From: the human T2T-CHM13v2.0 reference genome, Homo sapiens
DNA length: 64,000 nucleotides
Assembly: GCF_009914755.1 (NCBI RefSeq)
Contig: NC_060937.1
Reading direction: 5' to 3' (one strand)
The stretch's first letter is position 1, and each line of letters begins with the position of its first letter. This document shows, one piece after another, positions 48,681 to 63,124 of the stretch. The position numbers and the translations under genes are program-made. The notes beneath the pieces were generated by a model. That model saw only the letters and a program-made list of their open reading frames with translations, made no database searches and had not been told where the DNA came from.

Positions 48681-49659
48681 GACAGGCTCAACTAATGACC
48701 ACAGTACTTTCAGGAGCCCTTGGAGATGCCTTTCTTTTAAAACCAGGAAAAAAAAAACTTTAGGTCAAAGAAACTATTTTAATATTTAATATTAATATAT
48801 TTATCTTCATACCAACATAGTCATGAAATAGGACTTTCAATAGTTACTGAGGCAGAGCCCCATAAAGGCAGAGAGTGCCTAGAGCCCATGAAAGTCACTG
48901 TGGCCCTGGCCTGGGTCTCTGGTCTCCGGGTTCTTCACGCCCCCTCCCCGCGACTCCATCCTTTCCCAGCCCAGAGCTCTCTCACACTTCTGTGCCCCAT
49001 GGCAGGGATCATGGGCCCCCTTGGCGCCTTCAGAGGGCCCCCCGTGAGCCCTGGACATTCTCTGGGATGCAGGCGCCTGGGTGCTCTGTTTCGGCTCTTC
49101 CAGGACTATCCTAGCTACGCAGGTTGCTGGATGTGCAGGTTTCTCTAAGAAGCTGGCATTTCCCTCGTTTACTCCCTAAATATCAAGGAGCAACTGCCCA
49201 TCACTTTCCAGACTTTTCTGAGAGCTTCTACACTCTGAGTAACTTCCCACTTCTTCTCTTCTTCTCCTTTGCCCCGTACCTGGAAAGCTCTTGATTGCTC
49301 CATAGAAACCCCTCCTCTGAGACCCCTTCCCCTCCTTGCTCTCGTATCACAGCCTACTCCTAGTGGGGCAGCAAGGCTGGGGAGCCAGGATCACCCTGTG
49401 GAGACAGTCACTGAGAATTATGCACAGAATTGCACACATGGCCCTGGAGAGCATTCAATGTAGCTAAAGAGATGGCTCACCGTTTCAGCAGGGAAACCAT
49501 TTACCTTAGCAGCTCACAATCTGCTGCAATTCATCCTGGAAAAGCCAGGCTTTATCAGTGTGGCTAGACTTTCTCTTGGTTGCTTTGGTCTGTTTGTTTT
49601 AAGGGGCTGCCCACTGTTCTGGTGATAAGGCTCAGTGCCAGGCTACCATGAGCTGGGGT

Positions 49660-49860
49660 GAGTCCTGGCTTAATCATTCACTAAGTGAACACAAGCAAGT
49701 CACCTAATCTCTCTCAGGCTCAGTTCCTTCCTCTGTGAAATGTAGTCAATAATAGCACCTGTCTCATATGTTTTTGTAAAGATGAACTGAGATAATCCAC
49801 CCAAGTACCCAGCAGAGTGCCACCAAGTATGCCTTCAATCAATTTTAGTTGTTAATGCTA
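49660..49860 (+). mobile_element. MIR SINE
   Basis: GCAAGTCACCTAATCTCTCTCAGGCTCAGTTCCTTCCTCTGTGAAATG...AATAATAGCACCT. Confidence 0.75.
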
Positions 49861-49989
49861 CAACTTTCAAATTGGAAAAGCCTTTTGAAACCGTCATGTC
49901 CCTTAATTTTATAAAAGAAATTAAGATTAAGAAACTGGCTCACAGTTTATAAGTAATTAGTAGCAAAGCTAAGACCATGCTTTGAACTT

Positions 49990-50432
49990 CACCCATTTAT
50001 CTATCTACTTATCTGTCCATCCACTCATCCATCCATCCATATTTCCATCCATCCATCCATCTACCCACCCACCCATCCATTCATATTTCTATCCATCCAT
50101 CTATCCATCCATCCATCCATCTTTCTATTCATCCATCCATCCATCCATCCATCATTTCCATCCATTTGTCCATTTATCCATATTTCCATCCATCTGTCCA
50201 TCCATCCATCCATCCTTCTACTCATCTGTCCATCCATCAATCCATCCATCTATCCATCCATCATTTCCACCCATCCATCCATTTTTCCATTCATCTATCC
50301 ATTCATCCATATTTCCATCCATCTGTCCATCCATCCATCCATCCACTCATATTTTCATCCATCCATTCATCTATTCATCAACCCACCCACCCACCTACTC
50401 ATCCATTTATCCATCTATCTATTTATCTTTCC
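49990..50432. repeat. (TCCA)n-based simple repeat abutting an antisense L2 3' end
   Basis: ATCC runs followed by CAACAAACATTTATTAAACATTCACTA. Confidence 0.93.
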
Positions 50433-50749
50433 AACAAACATTTATTAAACATTCACTAGGTACCAGCCATTGTCACTGATGATTCATAGATTAAAAAAAC
50501 TCAGTTCCTATGTTCAGGATTCTCTTCGCTTAGTGGGATGGGAGCATATAAATTGGCAATGTAACGTCATGTGGGAATTACACTGATACAGGTACACAGA
50601 ATCCCAGTGAAAGGTGGGGTTGGGTGGTGGGGGGGCTACTTCTCCAGCCTGTGTGGAGTAGGAGGTAGGTTAGGAAAGGTCTTCTGCATCTTAAAGGATA
50701 ACATGGGTGTTAATTTGGGCAAAGAGAATGTATTTTTATCCTTGCAAAG

Positions 50750-50895
50750 CTGTTCCTTGATCCAGCAGCATCAACCTCACCTGGGAGGTTGTTAGAAATG
50801 CGGACACTCAGGTTGCACCCAGCGCCTCCTGCATCAGAATCTGCATTTTCACAAGCTCCTTGGGGTTCGCTTGCACGTTACAGCTGAAGCCTGCT
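50750..50895. mobile_element. MER5A-like element
   Basis: CCAGCAGCATCAACCTCACCTGGGAGGTTGTTAGAAATGC...ATCAGAATCTGCATTTTCACAAG. Confidence 0.8.
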
Positions 50896-52226
50896 TTACA
50901 CTCTATGATGCATACTTCCTCTCACTTCCGGCTGTACCTATTAAACACAGTGCTTGTAGAATTCTGATATGAGAACCCTGTTTTGTCTTCAAAGTTATTG
51001 AATGAGCATTCTCAATACTTCCCCAGTGTCTTTCTTAATGCATTATGTAATACCAGAAAGCTAAGGAGTTTCTGTAGTATATTCTATTTAGCAATCTGGA
51101 CTTAAACATTAAAAAGCAGCAGCAACATTTTATAAGCAGACCTGGAGCTCAGTTCTGATGAAAAGTGGTGTGAATAATAACATAAGCAAATGGCATCTCC
51201 TGCCTTAATCTCAACAAGAAAGATATCCCAAAGGAAAGAGACACGTTGCTCTTTGGCGATCATGTCTCCACGCATCTCAGGGTGAAGCCTTCTCAGCCCC
51301 CATGCCTCCAGGCTGTGATGCTGGTTTCTAAGGAGCCCTTGAGGCATGTTCTGCAGGCTCTGCTGATCTGTGACATCATTCCTGCAAACCAGCCCTTGCT
51401 TTGGGCTGCAGTGTTCTCAGCTACCTCTGCTTGGGCCTCTGCAGGCTTCATACAGAAGCCAATTTAATTAGAGGGCAGTGGGGCTTTGCTGAGCAGTGGT
51501 ATGTGACAGGGCATGTTACTTGGCATCCTTTCTGTAGCGTGATGTTGAAACTCATCCACCGAATGTTCCTGTCCTGGGTTCATTTGGCCATGCTGCCAAA
51601 TGTGCACACCAGGGGTGGTGACCCCCCTCACCTTCTCAGAACCCAGGGCACACCTGTGCCAGCTGGGACAGGTTGCTTTTCCCATCACCCTGACCCCATT
51701 CATCTCTTCATCTACTGAGCTTTGCCTGGCCTTTGGCTCACCTGTGTTTCCAGAAGAGGTACAGGAAATGAGGAGAGGCAATTTTTGATGTGAAGATGTT
51801 AATGTAGTGACATTTTATTTTTACCAATAAGTAAATCAATTTATTAAGTAAAAAACAAACCAAAATCACCAACTAAAAACCCAGCAAATTGAACTTCTCT
51901 TTTCACTGAACACACTTTATTTGAATCTTCATTCCAGATCTTATTCCTGGATTTCAGACTCATGTTTCTGTTTACGTGATGTTGTACATAGTGAGTTAGT
52001 GACTTACATGACCCCCAAATCAATTCGAGGCAAGTTCATAACTTTCTACTGCAAAACTCTGCCTCTTCTATTCCCAGTTGCACTAGGTGGCATTTCTACT
52101 GCAGCCAGGCTCTAGAAGGGATCTTAAACAATGTCTCTTCCCTTGCACTAACCTACCAAAACATTCATTGCCAACTCTTGTCAATTATACTATCTACATA
52201 TATATGGAAATTAAACAAAATTATGT

Positions 52227-52546
52227 TATCATGCACTAGTTTCCCCCATTATAAATGTAGCATGTTTATTGTTGAGCAGTTACATAATGTAACATTATAA
52301 CGAAGCTGGTGAACATCCCGTGCTTATTGTCTGCATCCTGTTTCCTTCCAGTCTTTTTTTTCACTATGAGGAACTCTTTTCCATTCATCTGCACTAGTTT
52401 CCCACATTATAAATGTAGCATGTTTATTGTTGAGCAGTTACATAATGTAACATAACGAAGCAGGTGAACATCGCACTGCTTATTGTCCGCATCCTGTTTC
52501 CTTCCAGTCTTTTTTTCACTATGAGGAACTCTTTTCCATTCATCTG
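52227..52546. repeat. Tandem duplication, two copies of about 158 bp
   Basis: TGCACTAGTTTCCC...CTTTTCCATTCATCTG starts at 52232 and again at 52390, with few differences. Confidence 0.95.
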
Positions 52547-53821
52547 TTTCTGTAAGAGAAATGTCATTCAGCTGTTTCTCCTCTCTGCCTCCTGACTCCT
52601 CCTTTCCTGACGGGTTTGTGGCTGCGTCCAGCCTCCTGCCCTACCTCCCTGTATTCCTGTCCCTTCCAAGTCCAGCCTCGGCAGTGCTATCCCAGTGGGC
52701 TTTCAAAAATGTAATTATCACTCACCACTCTCCCTTAAAGTCATACCTCTTTCTTCCTCTTCAGGACAATGGCCACATATCTTACTGTTGCATAAAGACA
52801 TTATTGATCTAGTCTCTTTCTCTGTTTTCTGCTTCATGTCTTAAAACTCTTGGCCATGTCCCCTCTGCTCCAGGTGGGCCAAATTACTCTGGATTCCTAG
52901 ATGCACTGGTGCTTTCTCATAGCTGGTCCATTGCACCTCTTCTGTCTGGACCACCATCCTGGTGTGGCCCTGGAACACAGCCCTGAGCTGCCCACACCTC
53001 TGCCTGCCAAGAGGATGCCCCGATCCCTGAGGCTTGCCTGGGCTGTGGGAGTGCCTGTGCCTTGCCCTGTAACACAGAGGCCCTCATCACACTGTACCCC
53101 ACAGCAAACCTATCTCTATATCCTCAGCACTGGGCTCTGCATCTCCACATGACCGGACCTCAGCAATGTTTACTGGATGAATGTGAGAGGGAGGGAGTGG
53201 ATGGCCTTTGAGGCTTTGCAGCCACAGTTTTCTCCATTACCAGCTCTGATACATTTTCTGTTGTTTCCAACTCCATTCCCCTTTCACCTGCTCACCTGCT
53301 CTCCTGCTCTCCAGCACCCACTCCCCTTTCTGGAGCAGCACTAATGATTCCTAAGTTGTGTCCTGATGAGCTGCCCGGCCAACTGGCCGGGCCTCTAACC
53401 TCCTGAAGCGCTCGCTGATGGCCCCCACGCGGCCAGGCTGTGTTCTTCTGCTGTTGGCCAAGGTGCTTGTCAGTGATTTGCTGCAGCCAAGCTCTCAGCC
53501 AGTGGAATGAGATCTTGAGTAATAAAGCATTATTGACTTCTGTTGAGAACACCCATCAGACATATTGATCTGAAAAGTAAGTGCTGACCAAGGCGGTCAA
53601 TATTTCACCTTGAAGGACAACGCACTTTGATGGTTTGCGGAAATATGTATTTTTCTACACGTTTTGACTGTCTTCATTAGCGATCCCTGAGAAATTGTTT
53701 GCATGTTTTGGAGCCCACGGTGTGAGCTGTCACTTTTGTCCTTAAATACCCCGAGGAAGAGATGCCTGCTCATTCTTCTCTGACCCTCCACGATGAAATG
53801 TGTGCTCTCTGGGCTGGGTGA

Positions 53822-54199
<378 letters not shown>

Positions 54200-54310
54200 T
54201 TCTTTGACATATTCTGAGGCAGCTATTTAGAGAGCCAGCCCTGCAAAGCTGTGTTTTGTGGGAAGATTTGCTTCTGCAGAGAATCCTGGTGGATGCATCC
54301 AGGCCTCCTG

Positions 54311-54753
54311 TGTCTGGTAGAGGGAAGGTAAATGGAATCTGACACCTTTAAGGATCTGAGACATTTGCCGTCCACTGTCGCCCAGCACTGTGCCTCTGAG
54401 GCTTCTCCTACATAGAGAGGCACCATGGCCAGCCAGGCCTCCTCTCCTCCCTCCCATCTGGCCTCCTCTCCTCCCTCCTGTCTGGCCTCCTCTCCTCCCT
54501 CCTGTCTGGCCTCCGTAACCTGATTTCCTGCCATCTCTGTGTTCGGCTGTGTTCTGGGCCCCCATTCTGTCATAACCAAAGATGGCCCCTAAGCTTCTGC
54601 ACATCACTGGGGGCTTGAGGCAGTGGCGCTGCGGTCCTCCCCACACACGTTCACACCCTCATGTGCCTTTTTCTCCCATTAATACGCCTTCGTGAGTTGA
54701 TTTTTCTGCAAACCTCCAGAGGGCAGAGGGGAGGTTTTCCCTTGGTCCCTACA
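54311..54753 (+). mobile_element. MER34-family (ERV1) LTR with an internal 24-bp x3 repeat
   Basis: Ends GTTGATTTTTCTGCAAACCTCCAGAGGGCAGAGGGGAGGTTTTCCCTTGGTCCCTACA. GGCCTCCTCTCCTCCCTCCTGTCT is repeated at about 54436-54513. The left boundary is uncertain. Confidence 0.65.
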
Positions 54754-56257
54754 CTATGCAAATCACTGCAGGAAGGAGCCCGACACTTTTTATTTTCAGA
54801 AAATAGGCCCAGGTTATAGTAGAGCTGGGATGACCCAGCTAACTCAGCCCCCTTGGGTGGATACTCAAGTATTTGAGGAACAAATAGGTAACACGAATCA
54901 TCTGAATCACATTAAAATATCACTCAAGCTGGGACTCAGCAGTGTAGATGGCACCAATGCCTGTGAAGCCAGGATGGGCCAGGCCTAGTGCCCAGGGAGG
55001 CTGGGTGGGATGAGGAGGTGGCGGGTGGTGGCCCGTGGAGTCCTCCCTGGCAGCCACACTGTGTCAGGGGGCTTTGCAGGGGGCATGTGCAGGTGGCAGG
55101 CTCTTGATGACGCGTTGCAGATGCAGCCAGGGCTCTAGTGGAGGTGGCCTGAGTGCCTGTCAGGGCAGAGGGACTTACTGTCTTCAGGGGGTGCGGCGGC
55201 TGCCAGGCTGTGAGCCGCGAGGGAGCACCTCTCCTGCCTGGGCTCAGCCCCCTTCTTATGGTTGCCTCCTGTGTCTCCGCTCTCTTCATTTGAGAATCAT
55301 CCCTCCAGTTTGCCTTTTTCAACTCCAGCTTTCCCACCAGGACCAAAGGGCAGTAACCCCACAGCACCCTGTCTCAGCAGAGGGCACTGCCCCTGGGGAG
55401 CACTTTAGGCCTTTGGGGGCACTGTTGGCAGAGTTCCTGGAGGTCCTAGACATCCTACCTGGGCTGTCCCCTACAACGAGGCAGTGTGTCCGGCACCTGC
55501 AGTTTCCCTGCTCCTTCACAGAGGTGAAAACCCTGTTGCCAGGAGCCTCAGCCTAGGACTAACTGCCTTTTCCATAGCGTTTTCCAGAGCATTTTTGCAT
55601 AGCTTTAACATACATTAAAATTCCCAGAAGTGCACACGTGCTTAAAATGAGGGAAAGCTGTTCTTCGTTGGCACTTTACCTAGAGCTGGTCACCGTTTGT
55701 TTCAGAAAGCCACCTCACTGAGCTGCTGCAGGGCACGTCCGGCCCCCACCCTCAGGACTGTCGTCCTCATGGCAATTGAAGCATCAGTGCAGCATTCAGC
55801 GACCATGTTGTGCCTTCGGGTGTGGCTACTTCCAGGAATTTACATGTGGAAATGCATTGAAATCCATATTATTTCTATGACAATTATCTTCCTTTAAATT
55901 CTGTTATGGCATTATGTTGAATTTTTAAGATTATGTCTATGGGTAGATTTTATTATTTTTTTCAAGATAGCAGAGGAGATGATAAAAATTATGCTATAAG
56001 AAGGAGCATTCGATCTGACGGGGCTGAGATCCACTGATGGGATGTGCCGTGGAGTATGTACTGGGCGGTTCCCATCCCTGTCCTGACAGCGCACGCTTTG
56101 CCCACCTCTGTCCAGAGCCCACAGTCTCCAGCACTCTGGGCTGGCAGGACAGCACTCCTGGGCCTTGACTCATTTTTAGGGCTTCCTCATCACGGTGCTC
56201 AACGCTTCCGTGCACCTTTTACTTTCACTGTCTCATTCCAATATCTGCATGAACTAA

Positions 56258-56571
<314 letters not shown>

Positions 56572-56648
56572 CGAACTAAATTTAATATTATGTTGTATAT
56601 TGTTGCATCACATAACAGTTGTACCACCTTCCCCTTATGTCTGCGTGG

Positions 56649-57000
56649 TAGTCATGGGCCGCGGAACGCCGTTGCAGTCAACGATGGAACGTCTGTGCCA
56701 CGGTGGTCCCATAAGATGAAAATTGAGCTGAAAAATTCCTATTGCCTAGTGATGCCAGAGCCACCATAGGGCCATCATGCAATGTGTTAGCTTTTCTCTG
56801 TTCGGATACACAAACACCCTTGTGTCACAGTTGCCTACAGAATTCAATACAGTCGTGCGATGCAGAGGTTCACAGCTCAGGAGTCGTAGGCTGTGCTATT
56901 GAGGCTTCTGTAAGTCATTCTGTGATGCTCGCATGGTGACGGTATCACCTAAAGACGTGTTTCTCAGATCCTTTCCTTGTTGTTAAACAACACACAACTG
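56649..57000 (-). mobile_element. Tigger3-family DNA transposon (Tigger3c/d-like)
   Basis: AGTCATGGGCCGC...GGTGGTCCCATAAGA...GAGCTGAAAAATTCCTATTGCCTAGTGA...TTTCTCAGA...GTTAAACAACACACAACTG. Confidence 0.75.
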
Positions 57001-59094
57001 TAGTTGCATACGCTGTTATATAATGTGCGTCTATCATTTTCCTCTTGGTTTTATTTATGGTTTGAAGTGTCTGTTCTCATTGACCCTATCATTCAAATTT
57101 TGTCTGTTCTAAGCAATACATAAGCAAGTATTTAGTTTATGACCTAAATCAGTATTTTAAGTGCCACTTCACAATAAAGTAGCAAAAATGTATGCTGTCT
57201 GATTCATTATAAAATTGCTTTTGATTTTACTCTTACATGTAGCGGTGGATATTTTTAACTTAAAAATGCTTCTTTTGATTCACTTTTTTTTCAAAGCGTA
57301 TAAGGTCTTTATAATATATCTCCTGTAATTACCGAGACAGTGGGCTGTTTTGGTTCTGTGAATTCCAGTTGTCAGTAAATCGTGCTCGCTTTAGCCTCCA
57401 AAGTCTGCATTTTCATGTTTGAGTGGTGATGGAGAGAAAATGGCACTGTAAATAAAACAGGAAAATGGGATGGAAACTCGCGCGTAGGAGCGTGAAGCCA
57501 GGGGAGAGAGGAGAATGTGCGGCCCGCCGCTCTGCCGCTGGATGATTCAATTCCTATCACTTCCTTCTATCATCCCAACAGAGAAGAAACTGTGGCTCAT
57601 TCCCCTCCTTTTCCTAGGACAGAGGTGATTACAGATGAGGAACAGAAGATGGGAGATCTGGGCACATTGGTTTAAGGGTGGCATCTGTCCATGCCTGAGG
57701 TGCTGGGTGGTTTCTCTCTGGGCCACTCCTCAGGAGCAGCAAATGATACAGAGGGCCTCTGTGTCCCTGCACCCACCCGCAGCACCCAGCACACAGAAGG
57801 GAATCCAGTCATTCTTCCCTGCAAGCTGCCAGCCTAGGTTGCACAGTATGGCCAGCAGGTGAGAGCTTCAGGAGAGGCACCAAAAAAGTGTTCAGAAGCC
57901 CAGGAGAAAGGATCGGTCTGTGGGGAAGTCAGGAACTGCCTGTGCATGCAGGCTCCTGGGTTCTAGATTTTGAGGGCTCAGCCAGGCTCTTCAGGCAGAG
58001 CTGAGGGTGTGGGGAAAGTGAGGCTGAAGAGGGTCAGGCTGTGCCCAGGCCTGGGGTCCCCAGGGGCAAGTGCTGTCTGAGGGAGGTGTGAGGCCTCAGT
58101 GTGCTGGGAGTGGTGGGAGCAGATCCAGAGGTGGGTTGACCCTGCTGGAGGAAGGCTGGCGCATCAGCCTTCCTCAGTGTAGACGTCTTGGGGAAGCTGG
58201 TGGCAGTGGAGGCCCCTTCCAGCAGGAGCCTGTTCAGACCTATCCTTTTCTCCTGGGAGGGTGAGTGGGGGCTGCCGTGGGAACATTGTGGGGATGCTGG
58301 AGTTTTCCAGAATGGTGGGAGAGCCGGGAGAGGGAGAGGGATTTGGCGATACATTGTGCGAGGAATCCACAGGGTAAAAACCAGAGGCTCGAGGGAGAAG
58401 GAAAGCGAGACAGGGCAGGGAGAACGTGTGCGTATTTTCCAGATTTCTGCCCCGCTGGCCAAGGTGAGGTGTGAGGCCACAGCATGGTGCGAGCGGTGGG
58501 GTGAATTTGCTCCCAGACATCAGCAGGCGTATGGGGCCTTTTAACCATGTCCGGGTCCTGGTTGAGTTTGGTTTCTAAAGCCCCACATGTGTGACTCAGT
58601 AGCAAATGGATTATCGATCAGCGGCGACTCCCTTGCTCAGATCACAGGAGGGTAGGCTCTCTGTGGGGTCTGCTGATACTGGATCTGGAACACTGGGAGC
58701 ACGGGACATTAGGAACAGACAGTGTCAGCAAAGTAACTCTCCGCAGGGCAAAAGCAATCCCTTGGGCTTTAAAAAATGCTGGATTGTCAAAAAAGTACCG
58801 CCACGATCGCTGCAGAGGCCAGCAGCTGTGTTTAGCGACGGCGGCACCTGCGGAGCCATCTGATTTGCTCACTGTGTGGATAGGCAGATAGAGGCCCGAG
58901 GGACTCGGTGAAGGTCGCCCAGCCAGTTAGGGACCCGGAACAAGAGAGGGCACACGTTGTCCCACCTAAGTTTTAGGTTCTTCTCAGTCTCCCACGCTGC
59001 TTTTTGTTCCCTCACACACTTTATTCCGGACTATTAGGTTTAAAAGTGCATGTGGAGGGCTTTAATATGGAAACTTGTCTGTGGATGTGACGGA

Positions 59095-59362
59095 TTTGTA
59101 AGAGAATATTCTTGCCCTTAGGAAATAGGTACTACTTAGAAGTCAGAAGCGCACAAGGCATGGGTGTATGTGGCCCAGGCTCCAGGGGCTGCAAAGAGGA
59201 TGGAAATGTAGAGAGGGGAAAGGAGGGAGGGCATAAGCACACGTGGCCACAGTGAAGGAGAATTTGCAAATCTGGGTCTGAGGGGATACAAGACTTTTTC
59301 ATGTAATTCTTGAATTTTTTTTTTTCTGTAAGTTTGAAGTTACATCAAAGTAAAGATTTAAC
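59095..59362 (+). mobile_element. Old L1M 3' end fragment
   Basis: AGAGAATATTCTTGCCCTTAGGAAAT...AATCTGGG...TAATTCTTG...TTTTCTGTAAGTTTGAA. Confidence 0.55.
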
Positions 59363-59504
59363 CCAAATAATTTAGATTTTCTTAAAATTTAAATATAAGT
59401 TTAAAGATTTAAATAAGTCATTTAATCTCAAAACGAAACTGCCAAGTGCATGTGAGGTATAACTGTGTAAAACATCCGACTTCGTATCTCTCAGGCGTTC
59501 GCTG

Positions 59505-59660
59505 TGTCCCTGCAGTTTTCTAAGTACTTTATACATATCCAGTCGTTTCATCATCATAATCCCATTTTACAGATGAGAAAACAGAGGCCCCACGAGACAA
59601 AGGATGGGAGAGCCAGAGTTTGAACCCAGGCTGTCTGGTTCCCAGCCTTCTTCCTCCACC
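59505..59660 (-). mobile_element. MIR SINE
   Basis: CCCATTTTACAGATGAGAAAACAGAGGC...GAGCCAGAGTTTGAACCCAGGCTGTCTGG. Confidence 0.8.
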
Positions 59661-59820
59661 TTGGGGTTCCCAGGGCAGTCAGGCCCCATGTTCCTGCACC
59701 GTGGGGGTCCCCGGGCAGTCGAGCCCTGCGTTCCTGCACCGTGGGGGTCCCTGGGCGGTCGGGCCCTGCGTTCCTGCACCGTGGGGGTCCCCGGGCGGTC
59801 AGGCCCCGCGTTCCTGCACT
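59661..59820. repeat. Minisatellite, 40-bp GC-rich unit, 4 copies
   Basis: GTTCCTGCAC recurs at 59690, 59730, 59770 and 59810. Confidence 0.92.
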
Positions 59821-62025
59821 GCCCCATCACCACGGTGGGTTAATGTGGGCGGCTGACTTTCACTCCTAGAGTGCTAAGCAGTGTTCAGACGGCTCTTACA
59901 CACGCGGCCTCACCACCTCCTCTAACCCGAGCCGCACAGGGGTGTGGGGCAGATTTAGCACTTCTGTTTCCTCTGGGAGGAAATTTGAGGGCTGGCAACT
60001 TGACTTTGCTGAGGCAGACACAGCTGATCTGAGATAGCACCAGGACCCTGGAGGAGGTCCTGGAGGCTTGTCCACTGCTCCCCACACTTTCCCACGGGAT
60101 TCCTGTCCCTCCTTCCTGCAGAGGGCAGCTGCAATGGGATATTTTTGGCAGTCTCCCTTTGAAAGCATCCCCTAAACGCGAATGTCAACAGCAGTGCTTG
60201 CAGGGAGCAGCTGTAGCTGTGGGGAGCCGTGTGGCAAGAAGAAAAGTGCCACCTCTCTGTCAAGGACACAGTCCTGCCCTCAGCACCTACGTGACAGAGT
60301 CTGGCCCAAATAGTCAAAAATTTCGTATTCCACCCCTGTCACTAGTTTATTGTGGGGTCCACACTGTCAGGGCCCTAGAAGCCAATCTTCCTTTCTTTTC
60401 TCCTTTCTCCTGAAAGAGAAGTGCCTCGGATGCTGTTACCAACTTTGCTATGGTTCTGTGACCAGAGAGAAACATCTCCTCTGCGGGAAATGCAAAAATT
60501 ATTTGTTCAGAAGAATTAGAAAATCTGGAAGAAAGGGACATGGGGGATGTTTTTCTGGTTGACTTTTGTTTTTATGTTTTAGTAGTAAAATAATTTGTAG
60601 ATTTAACCTCATCTTGGGAAAATCTGGACAATAAGGCAAAAATACTTGTTCCCAGTCATTCTCATTCCTGATGAACCTAATTCAATTTCAAAGGTTTTTT
60701 TGTGGTTTCTTGATATCAGCATTTTCAAGACTTCATTCTGAGGAACATACTTGTTCAGTTAATTAGAGTTCTATAGAAAAGGGTTTCAAGGACAAGTGGA
60801 TCTGTTCAGTGGTGCACAGCCGGCCTTTCTCCTGCCCAGTCACATGATTCCAGGAAGTTCCGTCGTGAGGATCTACTGGCTCTGTGAAGCCTAGTGACTT
60901 TCAAATTCACGGTCCACAGAACCCCCTTTCTCATGTAATATGTATTAACATCCACATTGGGCAACACCCCTTTATTTATTTTTAGGGTCATGTTGGCAAT
61001 AACTCTTGGCTTGGCCAATTCTGAATGTGGGTTCCCAGCTCCATCTTCTCCTGGGAGTGTTCCTTCTGAGCTTCCCACCATGAGATGGCTCGGGGAGCAG
61101 TTTACAGATGTCCATATTTAGAAATGCAGAATGCCTTCAGACTGGTGGTTTTTAAGAAGGCTGGAGGAGGCGGGAGCACTGAGTCGGCCGAGTGTCATTC
61201 AGGCCTGCTTCCTGATGCCCTACGAGGCCATCACCCACACGCGGGGTGGTTTGCAGATCCTCAGCTTCAGCCTGGCCTTTGTCTCCTCTGCATCATCACT
61301 GGCCTGTCCTCCACCTGCACCAAGGCCCCACACGCTGCTGTCGGCATGGTTCAGTGCCTCTGCTGTTTCTCTCTGCCCCTTCTATCTGGCTTCTGCAAAC
61401 CTAGATCCTTTTCCTGAGTTTTATCTCCTTTGTGTGTGTTTTCATTTATTCACTCATTATACTTTTATGGCCACCGCTGTGTGGCCCAAAGCTGGGAACA
61501 AAAGACCAAGCAATACTGAGGACCACAGCCTTGCATGCACGCCCCTCCCAGTCCAGCAGCACCGGGGGTGGGAAGGGCTCACCCAAGCCTCACTCACCTC
61601 CCCAGCCTGCTCCAGCCCAGTCTCTCCTGCAGGGTGATCCCGTGACTGTCTAAGCACTTCTCTCCCTGCCCCTGGAGCTTCTGCTGTCGACAGAGCTCTT
61701 ACTTCTTCTCTGATTGCTTTAATGGAATTGACTTAGTTTTCCTAACCACGTGATCACGTTGGGAACCAAGTTCTTACCTTGGCATTTCCCACAATGCTGG
61801 GCACGTGCTCCATGGATAATTGTTGACTCCCCTAGCTCAGCCTTCACAGAGCAGCATGTAGTCACCCAGGACTAGCTCCCAGGGTACAAGAATGCTGGAG
61901 CTCTAAATCCTATCTCAGGTTCCTATCAGCTGGTAGGAGAGGCTGAAGACTTCCTTGTCATGGGATAAACATACCTCAATGCCCATCCAACTAGAACGCT
62001 TTGTGACCGAACCCCAGGGAGAAGT

Positions 62026-62346
<321 letters not shown>

Positions 62347-62439
62347 AGAAGTGAGTTTTAAATTCGCACTCAGCACACACATGCACACCTGCACACACGC
62401 AATCACAGTTTTACAAAACTTTGTGGACGTCGACAAATG

Positions 62440-62775
62440 AACATAGAGTCATCCTGGAGTAGCCCAGGTCCTCGTCCCCTCTGCCCATGGTCCTCAAGAA
62501 AAAAGAGGGAAGTTCAGATGCAGACACACAAGGAAGACAGCCAAGTGACGGCAGAGGCAGTGTTTGCAGCGACATGTCTACAAGCCAAGGGCACCCAAAG
62601 ATCGTGGGGGACACCAGAATCTGGAAGAGGCAGGAAGGACCTTCGCTAGAGTCTTCAGAAGAAGAGTGGCTCTGCCGAGTCCTTGACTTTGAACTTTGGA
62701 TCTCCAGGACTGTGAGCGAGTAGGCCTCTGTTGTTTTAAGCCACGCAGTGTATGGCATTTTTTTTTTAAACAATA
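62440..62775 (+). mobile_element. MLT1C-like LTR fragment
   Basis: CAGACACACAAGGAAGACAGCCAAGTGACGGCAGAGGCAG...CAAGCCAAGG...TCTCCAGGACTGTGAG...TGTTGTTTTAAGCCAC. Confidence 0.8.
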
Positions 62776-63124
62776 GTGGATATATAATTGTGAAGTTTTA
62801 TATAGGAGGACACAGATCATCCCATCTGCTGTTTGGAAAGATGCCCAGTTGCTGTGGAGAAGTTAGGAGAAGGGGGTGAAAGCAGCTGCAGGGGCCATGG
62901 CTGCAGCCCTGGGGGAGGAGGGTGCAGGCGCCAGTCTTCACTCAGGCTCCAGCAGCCTGGCTGTCTCTTACTGTTCACATGCTGGTGGATGGATGAGCTT
63001 GCAGACCATCCCAACACATTCCTTTCTTCCTGGAAACCTCTCTAGAGGTTCTCTGTTGACCCCAGAAAAAGCTAGAGGTGGCTCAACACGGCTTGCATAT
63101 CTCTGTGTGATCTGATCATGTGCA

